From a virus: 64,000 nucleotides of DNA. This document shows positions 9,112 to 17,576 of this stretch, one piece after another. The position numbers and the translations under genes are program-made. The stretch is from IMG/VR virus record IMGVR_UViG_3300045970_000027, positions 20,306 through 84,305 of that record; one strand, written 5' to 3'. The stretch's first letter is position 1; every line of letters begins with the position of its first letter. The notes under the pieces are model-generated. The model was not told the origin of the DNA. It saw only the letters and a list, made by a program, of their open reading frames with translations, and ran no database searches.

Positions 9112-9832
9112 TCGGAGTCGACTTCTCAAACGCCTTCCCGCTCTCCCAGTTCACGCTCTGAACTTGGAACGGCTTGAGGTTGAGGCCGTGCTCCTCGTTG
9201 ATCGACTGGGTAGCGCCACGGTAGGCGTCCTCAAAGTGCTCGTACCGCGTCGGCTTCCCGGTCTTGAGTGCCGCGCTCCCGATACCGCGATCCATCTCCC
9301 ACGGCTGCATCCGGTTCGCTGCCATGTCATGGGCGCGGCCGTCGATGGTGACGTGGGTATCCTCCAGCGCGATGTTATGCGCGAACGAGTTCGTCTTCGG
9401 TGCCGAGTTGCGCGGGAGGACGGTGTCCACATGCTCACCCTGCATGATGCGGTGGGCCTTGAGGAGGTTGCCCTGACCGGCGCGGCTGATGCTCATACCG
9501 GCTAGCGGGGAGCGGTCGCCGTTGGCGATGTCCTTCCACTGCGCCGACTTGATGTGCTTCAGTTCGCTGAAGGCGTCGATGTTGTGGTTGTCCCAGTCCA
9601 TGTTGGGAGACACAGCCGCAACGACACCAGCGCCACCGAGTTCGGTCATCGACGTCCCGCGAATGCCCTTCCGGACAGCGTCGTTGACGGCGGGGTACCA
9701 GTCGGGGGCGGTATGCCGGATGTGCTCGGGCGCTTGGTTGTACGCCGTATGGACGTTCTGCACCAACTGCTTGAACTGACGCGGGTCACCGCTGTCGATG
9801 TTCGGGTAGTCGGACTTCTGAGACTTAGCCAT
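9053..9832 (-). CDS. phage protein, DUF7178-like (possible HhH glycosylase-like fold)
   Basis: WY...VAAVSP..W..N, PKTNSF..NI, VTIDGRA, QVQSVNW pattern. Confidence 0.5.
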   Translation of the reverse strand: MAKSQKSDYPNIDSGDPRQFKQLVQNVHTAYNQAPEHIRHTAPDWYPAVNDAVRKGIRGTSMTELGGAGVVAAVSPNMDWDNHNIDAFSELKHIKSAQWKDIANGDRSPLAGMSISRAGQGNLLKAHRIMQGEHVDTVLPRNSAPKTNSFAHNIALEDTHVTIDGRAHDMAANRMQPWEMDRGIGSAALKTGKPTRYEHFEDAYRGATQSINEEHGLNLKPFQVQSVNWESGKAFEKSTPTKTGKPRKVGIHRQGQPYV

Positions 9833-9837
9833 CTACA

Positions 9838-10353
9838 TCACACCCACGTAGGTCGGAGTCGGGAGAACTGACCACGTCGCTGGGGGTTGATGGTGTTCGG
9901 AATGAAGTTGGGGATGTCGGCCTTGCCGTCATTCACTAACTTCGTGGGAGGGGTAGTGATGCCGGTAGCGACGGTCTTGCGGCCTTTCAGTTCGTTCTTG
10001 ATGCCGGTCTCGTTGCTCCAGATCGACGGCCATACGTAGTCGCCGGGGTCGATGCGCTCACCCTTGTGAACGCCTCTCTGGTAAGAGCGCTGGTTGACAC
10101 GCGACTTGACGGTGTCGAGGACCTCATCGGAGATCGCGTACGGCTTCCCCTTGTCATCCCGCCGAGAGCGGATCGTCCCGAGGTAGCCATCGGGGTACTG
10201 CGCGTGGGGAGTCGACCCCGTTCCCATGCGAGCGCCGTCGATGTCGGAGCGGGCAGACGCAACACCGCCGCCGCCGTAGTTGAAGGATCCAAAGACGCCG
10301 CCAGCACCCAACGATTGCCAGTTCTGGCTGGCACTCAAGTTATTGTATGGCAT
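9838..10353 (-). CDS. hypothetical protein
   Basis: YPDGYLGTI..RR.D, RSYQRGVHKGERIDP; leaderless start behind the promoter motif. Confidence 0.75.
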   Translation of the reverse strand: MPYNNLSASQNWQSLGAGGVFGSFNYGGGGVASARSDIDGARMGTGSTPHAQYPDGYLGTIRSRRDDKGKPYAISDEVLDTVKSRVNQRSYQRGVHKGERIDPGDYVWPSIWSNETGIKNELKGRKTVATGITTPPTKLVNDGKADIPNFIPNTINPQRRGQFSRLRPTWV

Positions 10354-10359
10354 GACTAC

Positions 10360-10394
10360 ATGGTCGCAAGCCAGAGTAACGGAGTCTGGTTAAA
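10360..10394 (-). promoter_or_regulatory. phage promoter TTTAACCAGAC-N18-GACCAT, ATG 6 nt downstream
   Basis: Motif member. Confidence 0.75.
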
Positions 10395-10396
10395 GG

Positions 10397-10945
10397 CTAG
10401 ACGTACGTCTCTTCGATGTTCTTGGCGTCGAAGATGGCGCGCTCACCGCGCTGCTTGGCGTACTTGACCGCAGACCTCTTCGCAGTCTCCCCGCCACGGA
10501 AGACGGACGATGCGTCCATGACGGCGTTCCCATCCTCAGCCCAACCACCAGCGTAGGCGGCAGGCCACTTCTTCCCGTCGGTAGTCTGACCAGCCTTGCG
10601 GTCGATGTTGTTGCCTTCGACGCTGAGGAGGTGGCCGAGCGCGTGGTTGTCGTTGAACTGGGCACCCATGAGATGGCTGTTGATCGGGACCGACTTCTCG
10701 GGTACGCGGGTTCCCGTGCGCGGGTCTGCTGCTCCCCCGACGCCGTACCACTGGGACTCACCGACAGGGAGCGGCTTGTTACCCGGCTCCGGTCGCATGG
10801 TCACGCCGCCGCCCTTGACAGCCTCAGCGTATGTGTGCGCGTGGTCTACATACTTCTGCTCAACCGCCGGGTCGTAAGACTTCTGCAGCGGGGAGTCGAT
10901 ATGGGCGCTAGCCAGCGCGGTCAGACGAGATCCTTCAACGGCCAT
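10397..10945 (-). CDS. hypothetical protein
   Basis: Start MAVEGS lies 6 nt after a -10 box. Confidence 0.7.
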   Translation of the reverse strand: MAVEGSRLTALASAHIDSPLQKSYDPAVEQKYVDHAHTYAEAVKGGGVTMRPEPGNKPLPVGESQWYGVGGAADPRTGTRVPEKSVPINSHLMGAQFNDNHALGHLLSVEGNNIDRKAGQTTDGKKWPAAYAGGWAEDGNAVMDASSVFRGGETAKRSAVKYAKQRGERAIFDAKNIEETYV

Positions 10946-10951
10946 ACCACA

Positions 10952-10999
10952 ATGGTGCGACAATCTATACTTGGAAACAGCCTAAAGGTGTGGCACCAT
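10952..10999. promoter_or_regulatory. overlapping divergent promoters
   Basis: Minus: TTTAGGCTGTT-N18-CACCAT; plus: TTGGAA-N17-CACCAT; each 6 nt before an ATG. Confidence 0.6.
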
Positions 11000-11005
11000 G
11001 TACAC

Positions 11006-11209
11006 ATGGTCATTACAACGGTGCATCCGACAGACAAGGGCGATGAGATCTTCGCGAACTGCACTAAGTGTGGGGTGTACGAGCCGGTGGGTCCGTTATT
11101 GACTGACCCAGACTGGATAATCGAGTGGGCCACCGACGACTGGACTGAGTCCCACGTCTGTGAGGGCACGCAGCCGTCAGGCTTCGCTGCCGCCGAGTTC
11201 CCCGTGTAG
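11006..11209 (+). CDS. small Zn-binding protein (CxxC...HxC)
   Basis: MVITTVHP...CTKCG...HVC; leaderless. Confidence 0.6.
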   Translation: MVITTVHPTDKGDEIFANCTKCGVYEPVGPLLTDPDWIIEWATDDWTESHVCEGTQPSGFAAAEFPV

Positions 11210-11539
11210 GTAGTACCAGCCGTACGAGTTGCTCCAGCCAGTCTGCACACTGTGCATCCCGTCATACGTGATCCGTGTGGCGAAGATGGAGGACTCGTAG
11301 TAGTGGGGTGGATAGTCCTCTGGGTCAACGAGTGAGCCGTCGTCGTAGTAGAGCGCGAACGTCGGAAGCGTCCCTCTCTCCTTGATCTCGCAGACGGCAT
11401 CGTCAGGGAATCCGTATGTGGCCTTGGCCAGCGTGAACGCGAGTAGAAGTCTGCCCTTGGTGGACTCGACCAGTGAGGGGTCTGGTCCCGTGTCCTCTAG
11501 TGGGAATCGCAAGTTGAGAGCCTGACCATACTCAGGCAT
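11177..11539 (-). CDS. hypothetical protein
   Basis: Coupled to the phosphoesterase gene. Confidence 0.6.
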   Translation of the reverse strand: MPEYGQALNLRFPLEDTGPDPSLVESTKGRLLLAFTLAKATYGFPDDAVCEIKERGTLPTFALYYDDGSLVDPEDYPPHYYESSIFATRITYDGMHSVQTGWSNSYGWYYLHGELGGSEA

Positions 11540-12500
11540 CGGCGGCTACGAACTCTTGTCCTTGGTACACGGCCCAGCCCGCCTGAATGTGGATCGTATC
11601 GAGCACGTACTTCGGGTCGCGGTCGTTGAAATGTAGGACGAGCATTCCCTGCTGCCAGTCTTCCCAGTTCGTGATGACCTTCCCGTTGAGATCGACCGCA
11701 CCCTTCACACCGGGGACGGCACCATCGACGCGGCAGAGGCAGCCGGGAGTGGCGGCGAACATTCTGACTGGGCCGTGCCGGTCCTGCTGCGTGGTGTGAT
11801 GAACCTCGATGCGGTGGATATGGCCGAAGATCGTGGAGGTCCGGTCGCCTCTCGCGTAAGCGCTAGCAGTAGACGCCGAAGACCTCACGATGCTCCCGTG
11901 AACGGCCTTGATGTGGTCGTTGAACCAGTACTTCCGAGCCGGGTAGCCGTCGAGGTACTTGACCCCTAAGTCGTCTGTCCGCAGCAGGAACGGGGCGGTG
12001 ACGACCGCGAACTCGTCAGGCATGTTGGCCCGCTTGAGTCCGGCCGACTGCATGTTGAACTTCATGACTGAGTCGGAGATCCGCTTGTCGTGGTTCCCCT
12101 CCAGTACGACGATCTCCGACCGGGGGGCCGTCGCGCGCTGCTTGGCTAGCCAGAGATGCCCAGCGTCGATGGCGGCCTGTGTCGTCTGCTGCCACGCCGT
12201 GTGCTGGTCGTACCGGCTGTGTGCGGGGAGGTCGAGGAAGTCCCCCAGATTGAGGACGGTATCGACATGGGTCTCGTTGACGACAGCCGCGAGGATCTGA
12301 GTGGCGACGTCGATGGCGTACGGATCGTGGAACGGGTCGAGGACACCGTCCACGTTTCGGTAGCCGAACTGCGGGTCTGGGAGGACGACCGCAGTCTTCC
12401 AGCCCTTGAGCAGGACTGGGACCTTCTTGGGAGCCTTGGCAGGCTGGACGACAGTGGGCTTGGCGTTGTTGACGAACGCTTGTGAGTACATGTGATCCAT
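11532..12500 (-). CDS. calcineurin-like metallophosphoesterase
   Basis: DPQFG, GDFLD, GNHD, HG, GHIH motifs. Confidence 0.9.
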   Translation of the reverse strand: MDHMYSQAFVNNAKPTVVQPAKAPKKVPVLLKGWKTAVVLPDPQFGYRNVDGVLDPFHDPYAIDVATQILAAVVNETHVDTVLNLGDFLDLPAHSRYDQHTAWQQTTQAAIDAGHLWLAKQRATAPRSEIVVLEGNHDKRISDSVMKFNMQSAGLKRANMPDEFAVVTAPFLLRTDDLGVKYLDGYPARKYWFNDHIKAVHGSIVRSSASTASAYARGDRTSTIFGHIHRIEVHHTTQQDRHGPVRMFAATPGCLCRVDGAVPGVKGAVDLNGKVITNWEDWQQGMLVLHFNDRDPKYVLDTIHIQAGWAVYQGQEFVAADA

Positions 12501-12522
12501 TCAGTGGGGTCCGTGTGTGTAC

Positions 12523-12795
12523 TTACGAGTCGAAGTTGTAGACGCTTCCGGCATTTCGCTTTGTGTATGGCTGCGGCAGTGATGCGCCGTTGCGGTGGGT
12601 GCGCCATGAGGTCGTGACGCTGACGCTGTCGGCGGTCTTCGCGCTGTAGGGGGCGACGTCGGAGACACCCTGATGTACGGGGTGAGCCGCGCCCATCTGG
12701 TTGACGTTCGGGCTGTCGTCGTCAGACCACGCACCTACGGACGGCTCGGTGTGGTGAGCCGTACCGAACTGCTGTGCTGATCCGGAGCCGGACAT
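12523..12795 (-). CDS. hypothetical protein
   Basis: Coupled ORF. Confidence 0.6.
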   Translation of the reverse strand: MSGSGSAQQFGTAHHTEPSVGAWSDDDSPNVNQMGAAHPVHQGVSDVAPYSAKTADSVSVTTSWRTHRNGASLPQPYTKRNAGSVYNFDS

Positions 12796-13244
12796 CAGTA
12801 GCCTGCGTAGGCCCCGCTGGAGCCATCAACGAACGAGTCGCCACGCTGGATGGCAGACGGGACGATGTGGCCGTTCGCGGTGGTAGCGCCTGCCGACGGG
12901 TCGATCATCGGAGGCGTAGACGAGGTGACCGTATGGGCCGCACCGAGGGTCTCCTGCGAGACGTTGGCGCGGTGGCCGGTCGGAGGGGTCGGGTCGCCAG
13001 CAGCCGTGTTCCCCTTGACGCGGAGGTCTCCCCGCAGGGGCGGGACGGCCGGGGCGTGCGCGAAGGCCTCGATGGCGCTGTTGCCCATCGGGACTCGGGG
13101 GGAGCCAATGCGAGCCATGCCAGCAAGGGCCTCTTCGGGGGTGGGGAGATTCACGCGTCCTCCTTTAGGAGCAGACCAGATGTGCGCCGAGGGAGCGCCC
13201 ATGCGACGTCGGATTGCATGTCCTGCACTACGCCAATCAGCCAT
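12795..13244 (-). CDS. hypothetical low-complexity protein
   Basis: AAAGGAG SD; promoter motif upstream. Confidence 0.7.
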   Translation of the reverse strand: MADWRSAGHAIRRRMGAPSAHIWSAPKGGRVNLPTPEEALAGMARIGSPRVPMGNSAIEAFAHAPAVPPLRGDLRVKGNTAAGDPTPPTGHRANVSQETLGAAHTVTSSTPPMIDPSAGATTANGHIVPSAIQRGDSFVDGSSGAYAGY

Positions 13245-13270
13245 GGGAAGGCTCCTTTCGCACTACCACC

Positions 13271-13306
13271 ACGGTAGGTACGAGAGGTCGTGCTGTCTGG
13301 GCTAAC
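13271..13306 (-). promoter_or_regulatory. phage promoter GTTAGCCCAGAC-N18-TACCGT
   Basis: Motif member. Confidence 0.65.
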
Positions 13307-13599
13307 TAGTGAACAGTCACCGAGAAGAGAATCGCCGAGATCGTGCCGTCCCGAGACTCGATGCTGGTGAAGCCGGGGACGCAGGAGAGGTCGTACCCGC
13401 GAGGAGCCACGTACCCCCGCGCGATGGCGATGGCCTTGACTGCCTGATTCACGGAGCCTGCGCCGACTGCTCGCAGTTTGACGCTCTTCGTCTCGTACAG
13501 TGCGTGAGCAATCGCCGAGGCGACTGACTGGGGATTCGATCCCGCGCTGACGCGGAGTGGCTGATCCTCGGAGGAACCAGCAGCGGTTGATTCGGTCAT
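13306..13599 (-). CDS. spoVS: SpoVS family (Alba-like) protein
   Basis: LRVSAGSNPQSVASAIA...RAVGAGSVNQAVKAIAIARGY. Confidence 0.92.
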   Translation of the reverse strand: MTESTAAGSSEDQPLRVSAGSNPQSVASAIAHALYETKSVKLRAVGAGSVNQAVKAIAIARGYVAPRGYDLSCVPGFTSIESRDGTISAILFSVTVH

Positions 13600-13637
13600 G
13601 TCGATACCTTGGGGTCCGTTGGGTGTTCGGTTCTACC

Positions 13638-13673
13638 AAGGTATTAGTCAGAGTTGGCATGGTCAGGCTAAAC
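13638..13673 (-). promoter_or_regulatory. phage promoter GTTTAGCCTGAC-N18-TACCTT
   Basis: Motif member. Confidence 0.7.
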
Positions 13674-14252
13674 CCTCGCCGCGTCGCGGAACTTCGGATC
13701 CTGCATCTTCTCGATTGACTCCCGCTGGGAAGCGGTATCCCATCCTCCACGGGCGATTCTGGCGATGACGTATGAGTCGGCCATGTTGTCATCCGAGAAC
13801 TCCACGCCCCACCGCTTGTACACCGCGAGCATGACCTCGCTCTTCTTGGCGGTCCCCTTATCGGTGGCGTACTTCTTGACCACAGTTGGGGGGACCATCA
13901 GCGGGAAGCGGTGGTCAAACGGCATGTTCTGGTAGCACCACAATTTGACGACGGCTGCCAGTTCACCAAGAACCGCAGCACTCTGGCTGTGGAACACCCC
14001 AGACTCGATAGCGATGTTGAGTGGGTGGTGCCCAGCATCGGTGATTGTGGAGTACTTCTCCGACAGCCAGTTACTGATGTCGATGAGGCGTTCGATACCC
14101 CGATGCTCGGAGGTGTAGACCCACGACTCAAAGTGATCGCTCTTGGCAGCGATAACCGTTAGGGCGAAGCCAGTCAGGCTTGGGTCGATGCCGATGTAGA
14201 CCGGTGACGGAAGTTGGGTCAGCAGGCCGCCGTCTACGTGGTTCCTAGCCAC
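13668..14252 (-). CDS. ruvC: RuvC-like Holliday junction resolvase
   Basis: IGIDPSLTG, IAIES, VKKYAT..G.A.K, DNMADS; likely GTG start at 14252. Confidence 0.85.
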   Translation of the reverse strand: MARNHVDGGLLTQLPSPVYIGIDPSLTGFALTVIAAKSDHFESWVYTSEHRGIERLIDISNWLSEKYSTITDAGHHPLNIAIESGVFHSQSAAVLGELAAVVKLWCYQNMPFDHRFPLMVPPTVVKKYATDKGTAKKSEVMLAVYKRWGVEFSDDNMADSYVIARIARGGWDTASQRESIEKMQDPKFRDAARV

Positions 14253-14826
14253 GGGCTTCCTTCCATCGAGCGATGACGTCGAGGGCGAGGTAGCCCATGA
14301 GGTCGAGGCCGGGGTACTCGCCGTCTCCCCCATCGTCAGCCATACCGTTCTTGAGGCGGTTGACCTTGTCGTCCATCCGTACCGCCATGCGCTGCCGCGT
14401 GGTCAGTCCGGTAGTGAAGACCTCGATGGGGTTGAGTGCCGAGTCGCCATACCGCTGGTTCTTCAGCAGGAGGAGGGTTGTCAGGGCGATCCCGACCTCA
14501 GCGATCTGGCGCTGCGTGCTGTCTCCCCCGAGAAGGAGGACACCGCCTATCGCCTCAAGACCCTGCTGGGGGGTCCACCCATCGGGCAGACCCTCCCAGT
14601 CAGAGTAGGGACGGGACTCGTTACTGAGGACGGGGGCGACCTGCGTCTCCTTCATGGTGTGAACGACGCTGGTCAGTTTGCCGAGGATGCGGGTCACCTT
14701 GGTGCCGCACTCAGGGCAGGTTCCCTTGGCGAAACGTCGACCGTTCGTCTCTTCTACACGGCGGTCCTCGATGTACCAGACCTCCTTGCACTTGACGCAG
14801 TAGGCCTCGTCCTCAGTGCTGCTCAT
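14245..14826 (-). CDS. DUF5679-like Zn ribbon fused to a DUF1599 (Nmad1)-like domain
   Basis: AYCVKCK...GTCPECGTKVTRILGK, then KNQRYGDS...RMDDKVNRL...DLMGY. Confidence 0.65.
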   Translation of the reverse strand: MSSTEDEAYCVKCKEVWYIEDRRVEETNGRRFAKGTCPECGTKVTRILGKLTSVVHTMKETQVAPVLSNESRPYSDWEGLPDGWTPQQGLEAIGGVLLLGGDSTQRQIAEVGIALTTLLLLKNQRYGDSALNPIEVFTTGLTTRQRMAVRMDDKVNRLKNGMADDGGDGEYPGLDLMGYLALDVIARWKEARG

Positions 14827-15200
14827 GCCGCGATGGCCACCGTGTTCAGGTTCTCCGCTGCACCGAGCGTGCGCCATATGGCGACCGGACGGCTGCCACC
14901 GCCAGTACGGGTCGCCTTCGTGAAGTAGCCGGTCGTGTCGACCAGACCGTTCTTCGCCATATGGCGCAGCATCGGGCCGAGGATGCGGTGGTCGATCTGG
15001 GCCTTCGGGAGGGTGCCCTTCTCAACGGCCTTGTCGATCTCGGCCCAGATGTGGTCCATCGTGAAGGTCGAGTGGCGGCGGGTGGTCCGGTTGATCGCCG
15101 TGAAGACGACGCGGAGCCACTCCTGCTGGACGGCATCGTACGAGCCGTACTTGTGCTTGTTCGCGTGGATGAACGACTTGGTAAGCATGGAAGGGGTCAT
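14823..15200 (-). CDS. hypothetical protein (winged-helix-like)
   Basis: ORF with SD. Confidence 0.65.
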   Translation of the reverse strand: MTPSMLTKSFIHANKHKYGSYDAVQQEWLRVVFTAINRTTRRHSTFTMDHIWAEIDKAVEKGTLPKAQIDHRILGPMLRHMAKNGLVDTTGYFTKATRTGGGSRPVAIWRTLGAAENLNTVAIAA

Positions 15201-15213
15201 GGTGCCAGTTCTC

Positions 15214-15375
15214 CTAGTACTCGTAGTTTTCGTAGTTGAGGCTGCGAACGATGCCGATCTTGGAAGCGATGGCCATGATCTTCTTGAGGTCGGGCTCCTC
15301 GGAGACCTCGACTCGGAGGTTGAGGTACATCGTGGTCTTGCTCTCTGTCGGTTCTTCGATGGGTGAGACGGTCAT
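15214..15375 (-). CDS. small hypothetical protein
   Basis: AAGGAG SD, MTVSPIEE...NYEY. Confidence 0.55.
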   Translation of the reverse strand: MTVSPIEEPTESKTTMYLNLRVEVSEEPDLKKIMAIASKIGIVRSLNYENYEY

Positions 15376-15387
15376 GCGTTGTTCTCC

Positions 15388-15861
15388 TTAGAAGGTTCTG
15401 CGACGGGTTGTATTCGATGTGCGACGGGTTAGTTCCCGACTGACGAGCGCAGTGTCACGCTCGATGTTGTTGGCCATGGCCTCGATCAACTTGCGGTATG
15501 CGTGTAGTTCCTCGACCGACTCTTTGAGAGCCAAGACGTCAGGGTCGGTAGCGACCTCAGCGCGAGCGAACGTCACGCGGTTCTCGCTCTTGCCCGTCCC
15601 CCGCAGCATCTTTGTCTGCTCCAAGATGGACAAGCGCTTCTCATACGAGCGCTCGTCCACTTGGGAGCAGGAGACCTGCACGGCGATGAAGTCGGCGTAG
15701 GCGGTTAACTTGCTGTAGAGGACCATCAGGGCCTCATCACCCAGATCCGTGATGTCGGCTGGGAGACTGGGGATGTCGTACAGAGGCTTAGCCGGGACCT
15801 TGATGCCCTGAGACTCAAGGGCGCTCACGGCTGCCTGCGACTGGGTGTTGGCGTACAGCAT
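15388..15861 (-). CDS. hypothetical coiled-coil protein (UvsY-like position)
   Basis: Helical, ends SRELTRR; next to recombination genes. Confidence 0.6.
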   Translation of the reverse strand: MLYANTQSQAAVSALESQGIKVPAKPLYDIPSLPADITDLGDEALMVLYSKLTAYADFIAVQVSCSQVDERSYEKRLSILEQTKMLRGTGKSENRVTFARAEVATDPDVLALKESVEELHAYRKLIEAMANNIERDTALVSRELTRRTSNTTRRRTF

Positions 15862-16742
15862 CAGCCCACCAACTCTGAGAAGGGAGCGCACGCCTTGCAG
15901 GAGCCGGTGGTGCTCTGGCTGCAAGTCGGGGCTACATGTGACGTCCTGACGGCGTACTGGATGTCGAACGCGGTATCCAGCATGTCCTTGGCGATGTCGG
16001 CGTTCCGCTGGACGACGAACTCCTTGTAGGCCTGATTGAGTTTCAGTTCCATGATGAAGACGATCTCGTTGGGTGCCGGGTACTCCAGTAGGCCCTTCGC
16101 CTCCATCATGTGGGCGATCTCAAGGTAGAGGAAGCCCTGACGGAGGTAGGTCGGGAATGGGCGACGGATGTTCTTCCATGCCGTCTCAACGTCGGTGTCG
16201 ATGATGAGGGCTGGCTGCTCCATCCGGATCGTGCCGGGGCCGACGCTCTTGACCTCTAGGAAGAAGTCGGCACCGAGACCGCGCACCCAGCCGTCAGCGT
16301 GACCGGCCAGCAGGAGGTCGTCGTCAATGAGTCCGACCTCGGCGTACTTGAGGAGGTCAGAGCCGCAGGAGTGGCAGTGGAACGGGGACTGCGCCCAGAA
16401 CGTGTGGTGGCAGTTCAGGCACTTCCACTTCCCGTAGAGGTTTCCCATCTCACCGATACGACTCTGCCACTTCGCGTGGATGGCGTGGCCCTCATCGAAG
16501 ATGTTCTGCAGCCGAAGGTTCGGGTTGTCCTCGACCGGGGCCTTGCCGACGACCTTGAAGTAGTAGGCGCGAGCGCAGAAGTCGCGCTTGCAGAGATCGG
16601 AAGGATGGATGACGTCAGTGCGACGGTCTTCCTTCGGCCGAGAGATGAGGTACCTCTCGATGGGTCCGATCAGCCGTGTGTCGTGCTTCTTAGTGTCGAG
16701 GTACTTGCTTAATGAACTGCTTGGCTTTGAGGCCGCCATCAT
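15861..16742 (-). CDS. Cas4-like PD-(D/E)XK exonuclease
   Basis: HPSDLC..CAR, GHAIH, GHADG, LEVKS, Q..LY, C-terminal Cys cluster. Confidence 0.85.
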   Translation of the reverse strand: MMAASKPSSSLSKYLDTKKHDTRLIGPIERYLISRPKEDRRTDVIHPSDLCKRDFCARAYYFKVVGKAPVEDNPNLRLQNIFDEGHAIHAKWQSRIGEMGNLYGKWKCLNCHHTFWAQSPFHCHSCGSDLLKYAEVGLIDDDLLLAGHADGWVRGLGADFFLEVKSVGPGTIRMEQPALIIDTDVETAWKNIRRPFPTYLRQGFLYLEIAHMMEAKGLLEYPAPNEIVFIMELKLNQAYKEFVVQRNADIAKDMLDTAFDIQYAVRTSHVAPTCSQSTTGSCKACAPFSELVG

Positions 16743-17223
16743 TCTCCATCACCCATTGTTTGAACGTGGTGTTCTTGAGTCGAAGTGCCTTGAACTTACG
16801 GAGGAGGTGGGATCGTTCACGGTGTGAAAGGCCGCCCCAGATCCCGTGGGTGTCTTCCATCTGGACGGCGTGCAAGAGGCACTCCTTGCGTACGGAGCAC
16901 TCTGGGTCCCCCTCGCCGGTCCCCCAGCAGATGGCCTTGGCCTCGTCTGCGATGGTCTTGTAGAGGGCCTTGTCACGGGGCGGGTAGAAGATGTCGCCGA
17001 CCTGCGGCGTCCCGTCTTCCCCGGCGTAGAGGTAGGTCGTGTCCCGGCTGATGCACTTGGAGGTGTATCGCCATGCCCATTCTGGCTCGTAGTCCACTGG
17101 TCTCCCATTGAAGTCGCGTATATGGCGGCATCGGCAGGGCAGTAGGACTGGCGTCCTGTGTAACACGGGGTGGCAGTAGGGGTCACAGACCCTCACCTGT
17201 TTCAGTGAGGTAGTCATCCTCAA
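16690..17223 (-). CDS. whiB: WhiB family transcription factor (true start possibly GTG 17097)
   Basis: C...IFYP...AKAIC...CSVRKECL..A......GIWGGLSHRER. Confidence 0.9.
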   Translation of the reverse strand: MRMTTSLKQVRVCDPYCHPVLHRTPVLLPCRCRHIRDFNGRPVDYEPEWAWRYTSKCISRDTTYLYAGEDGTPQVGDIFYPPRDKALYKTIADEAKAICWGTGEGDPECSVRKECLLHAVQMEDTHGIWGGLSHRERSHLLRKFKALRLKNTTFKQWVMENDGGLKAKQFIKQVPRH

Positions 17224-17494
17224 GAAGGATGAAGTAGTTCTTGCCGCCGAGGGCGACAGCGAAGAGCGGGATGCGACTGGCCATGATGGCCTGCTTCTCC
17301 AGTTTGACGAGGTCCTCAGCCTTCAGGCTGTACGACTTGGCAGCAGTGAACTTGTGCTCCACCAAGTACTTCTCGGACCTCACGTCGCCCTTCCTCGACC
17401 AGAACGCACCTGAGGCGGCGACGGTAGTTCCACCAAGAGTCTTGGCGAGCCGCTTCTCATGCTTCTGACTCTCCTTGAGTCCTTGGGGCTTCAC
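17183..17494 (-). CDS. Hjc-like PD-(D/E)XK nuclease/resolvase
   Basis: HEKRLAK..GG..ASGA...KGDV....LVEHK. Confidence 0.75.
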   Translation of the reverse strand: MKPQGLKESQKHEKRLAKTLGGTTVAASGAFWSRKGDVRSEKYLVEHKFTAAKSYSLKAEDLVKLEKQAIMASRIPLFAVALGGKNYFILLEDDYLTETGEGL

Positions 17495-17497
17495 GTA

Positions 17498-17566
17498 CGG
17501 AGGCCTCGGGTCATGGCGCTAACTGTAGTACAGACTTGCACCACATGCAACACCCCGAGGCCTCCG
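17498..17566 (-). promoter_or_regulatory. 13-bp inverted repeat enclosing sigmaA promoter TTGCAT-N17-TACAGT
   Basis: cggaggcctcggg (17498-17510) / cccgaggcctccg (17554-17566). Confidence 0.7.
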
Positions 17567-17576
17567 CGTGTCGTGA

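Noticed and set aside
9149-9163. gttcacgctctgaac as another palindrome copy
   Set aside because: Mismatch in one arm and an atypical spacer
17498-17566. Invertible promoter
   Set aside because: The 43-bp interval is very short and no site-specific recombinase is in the window; an RNA hairpin explains it better
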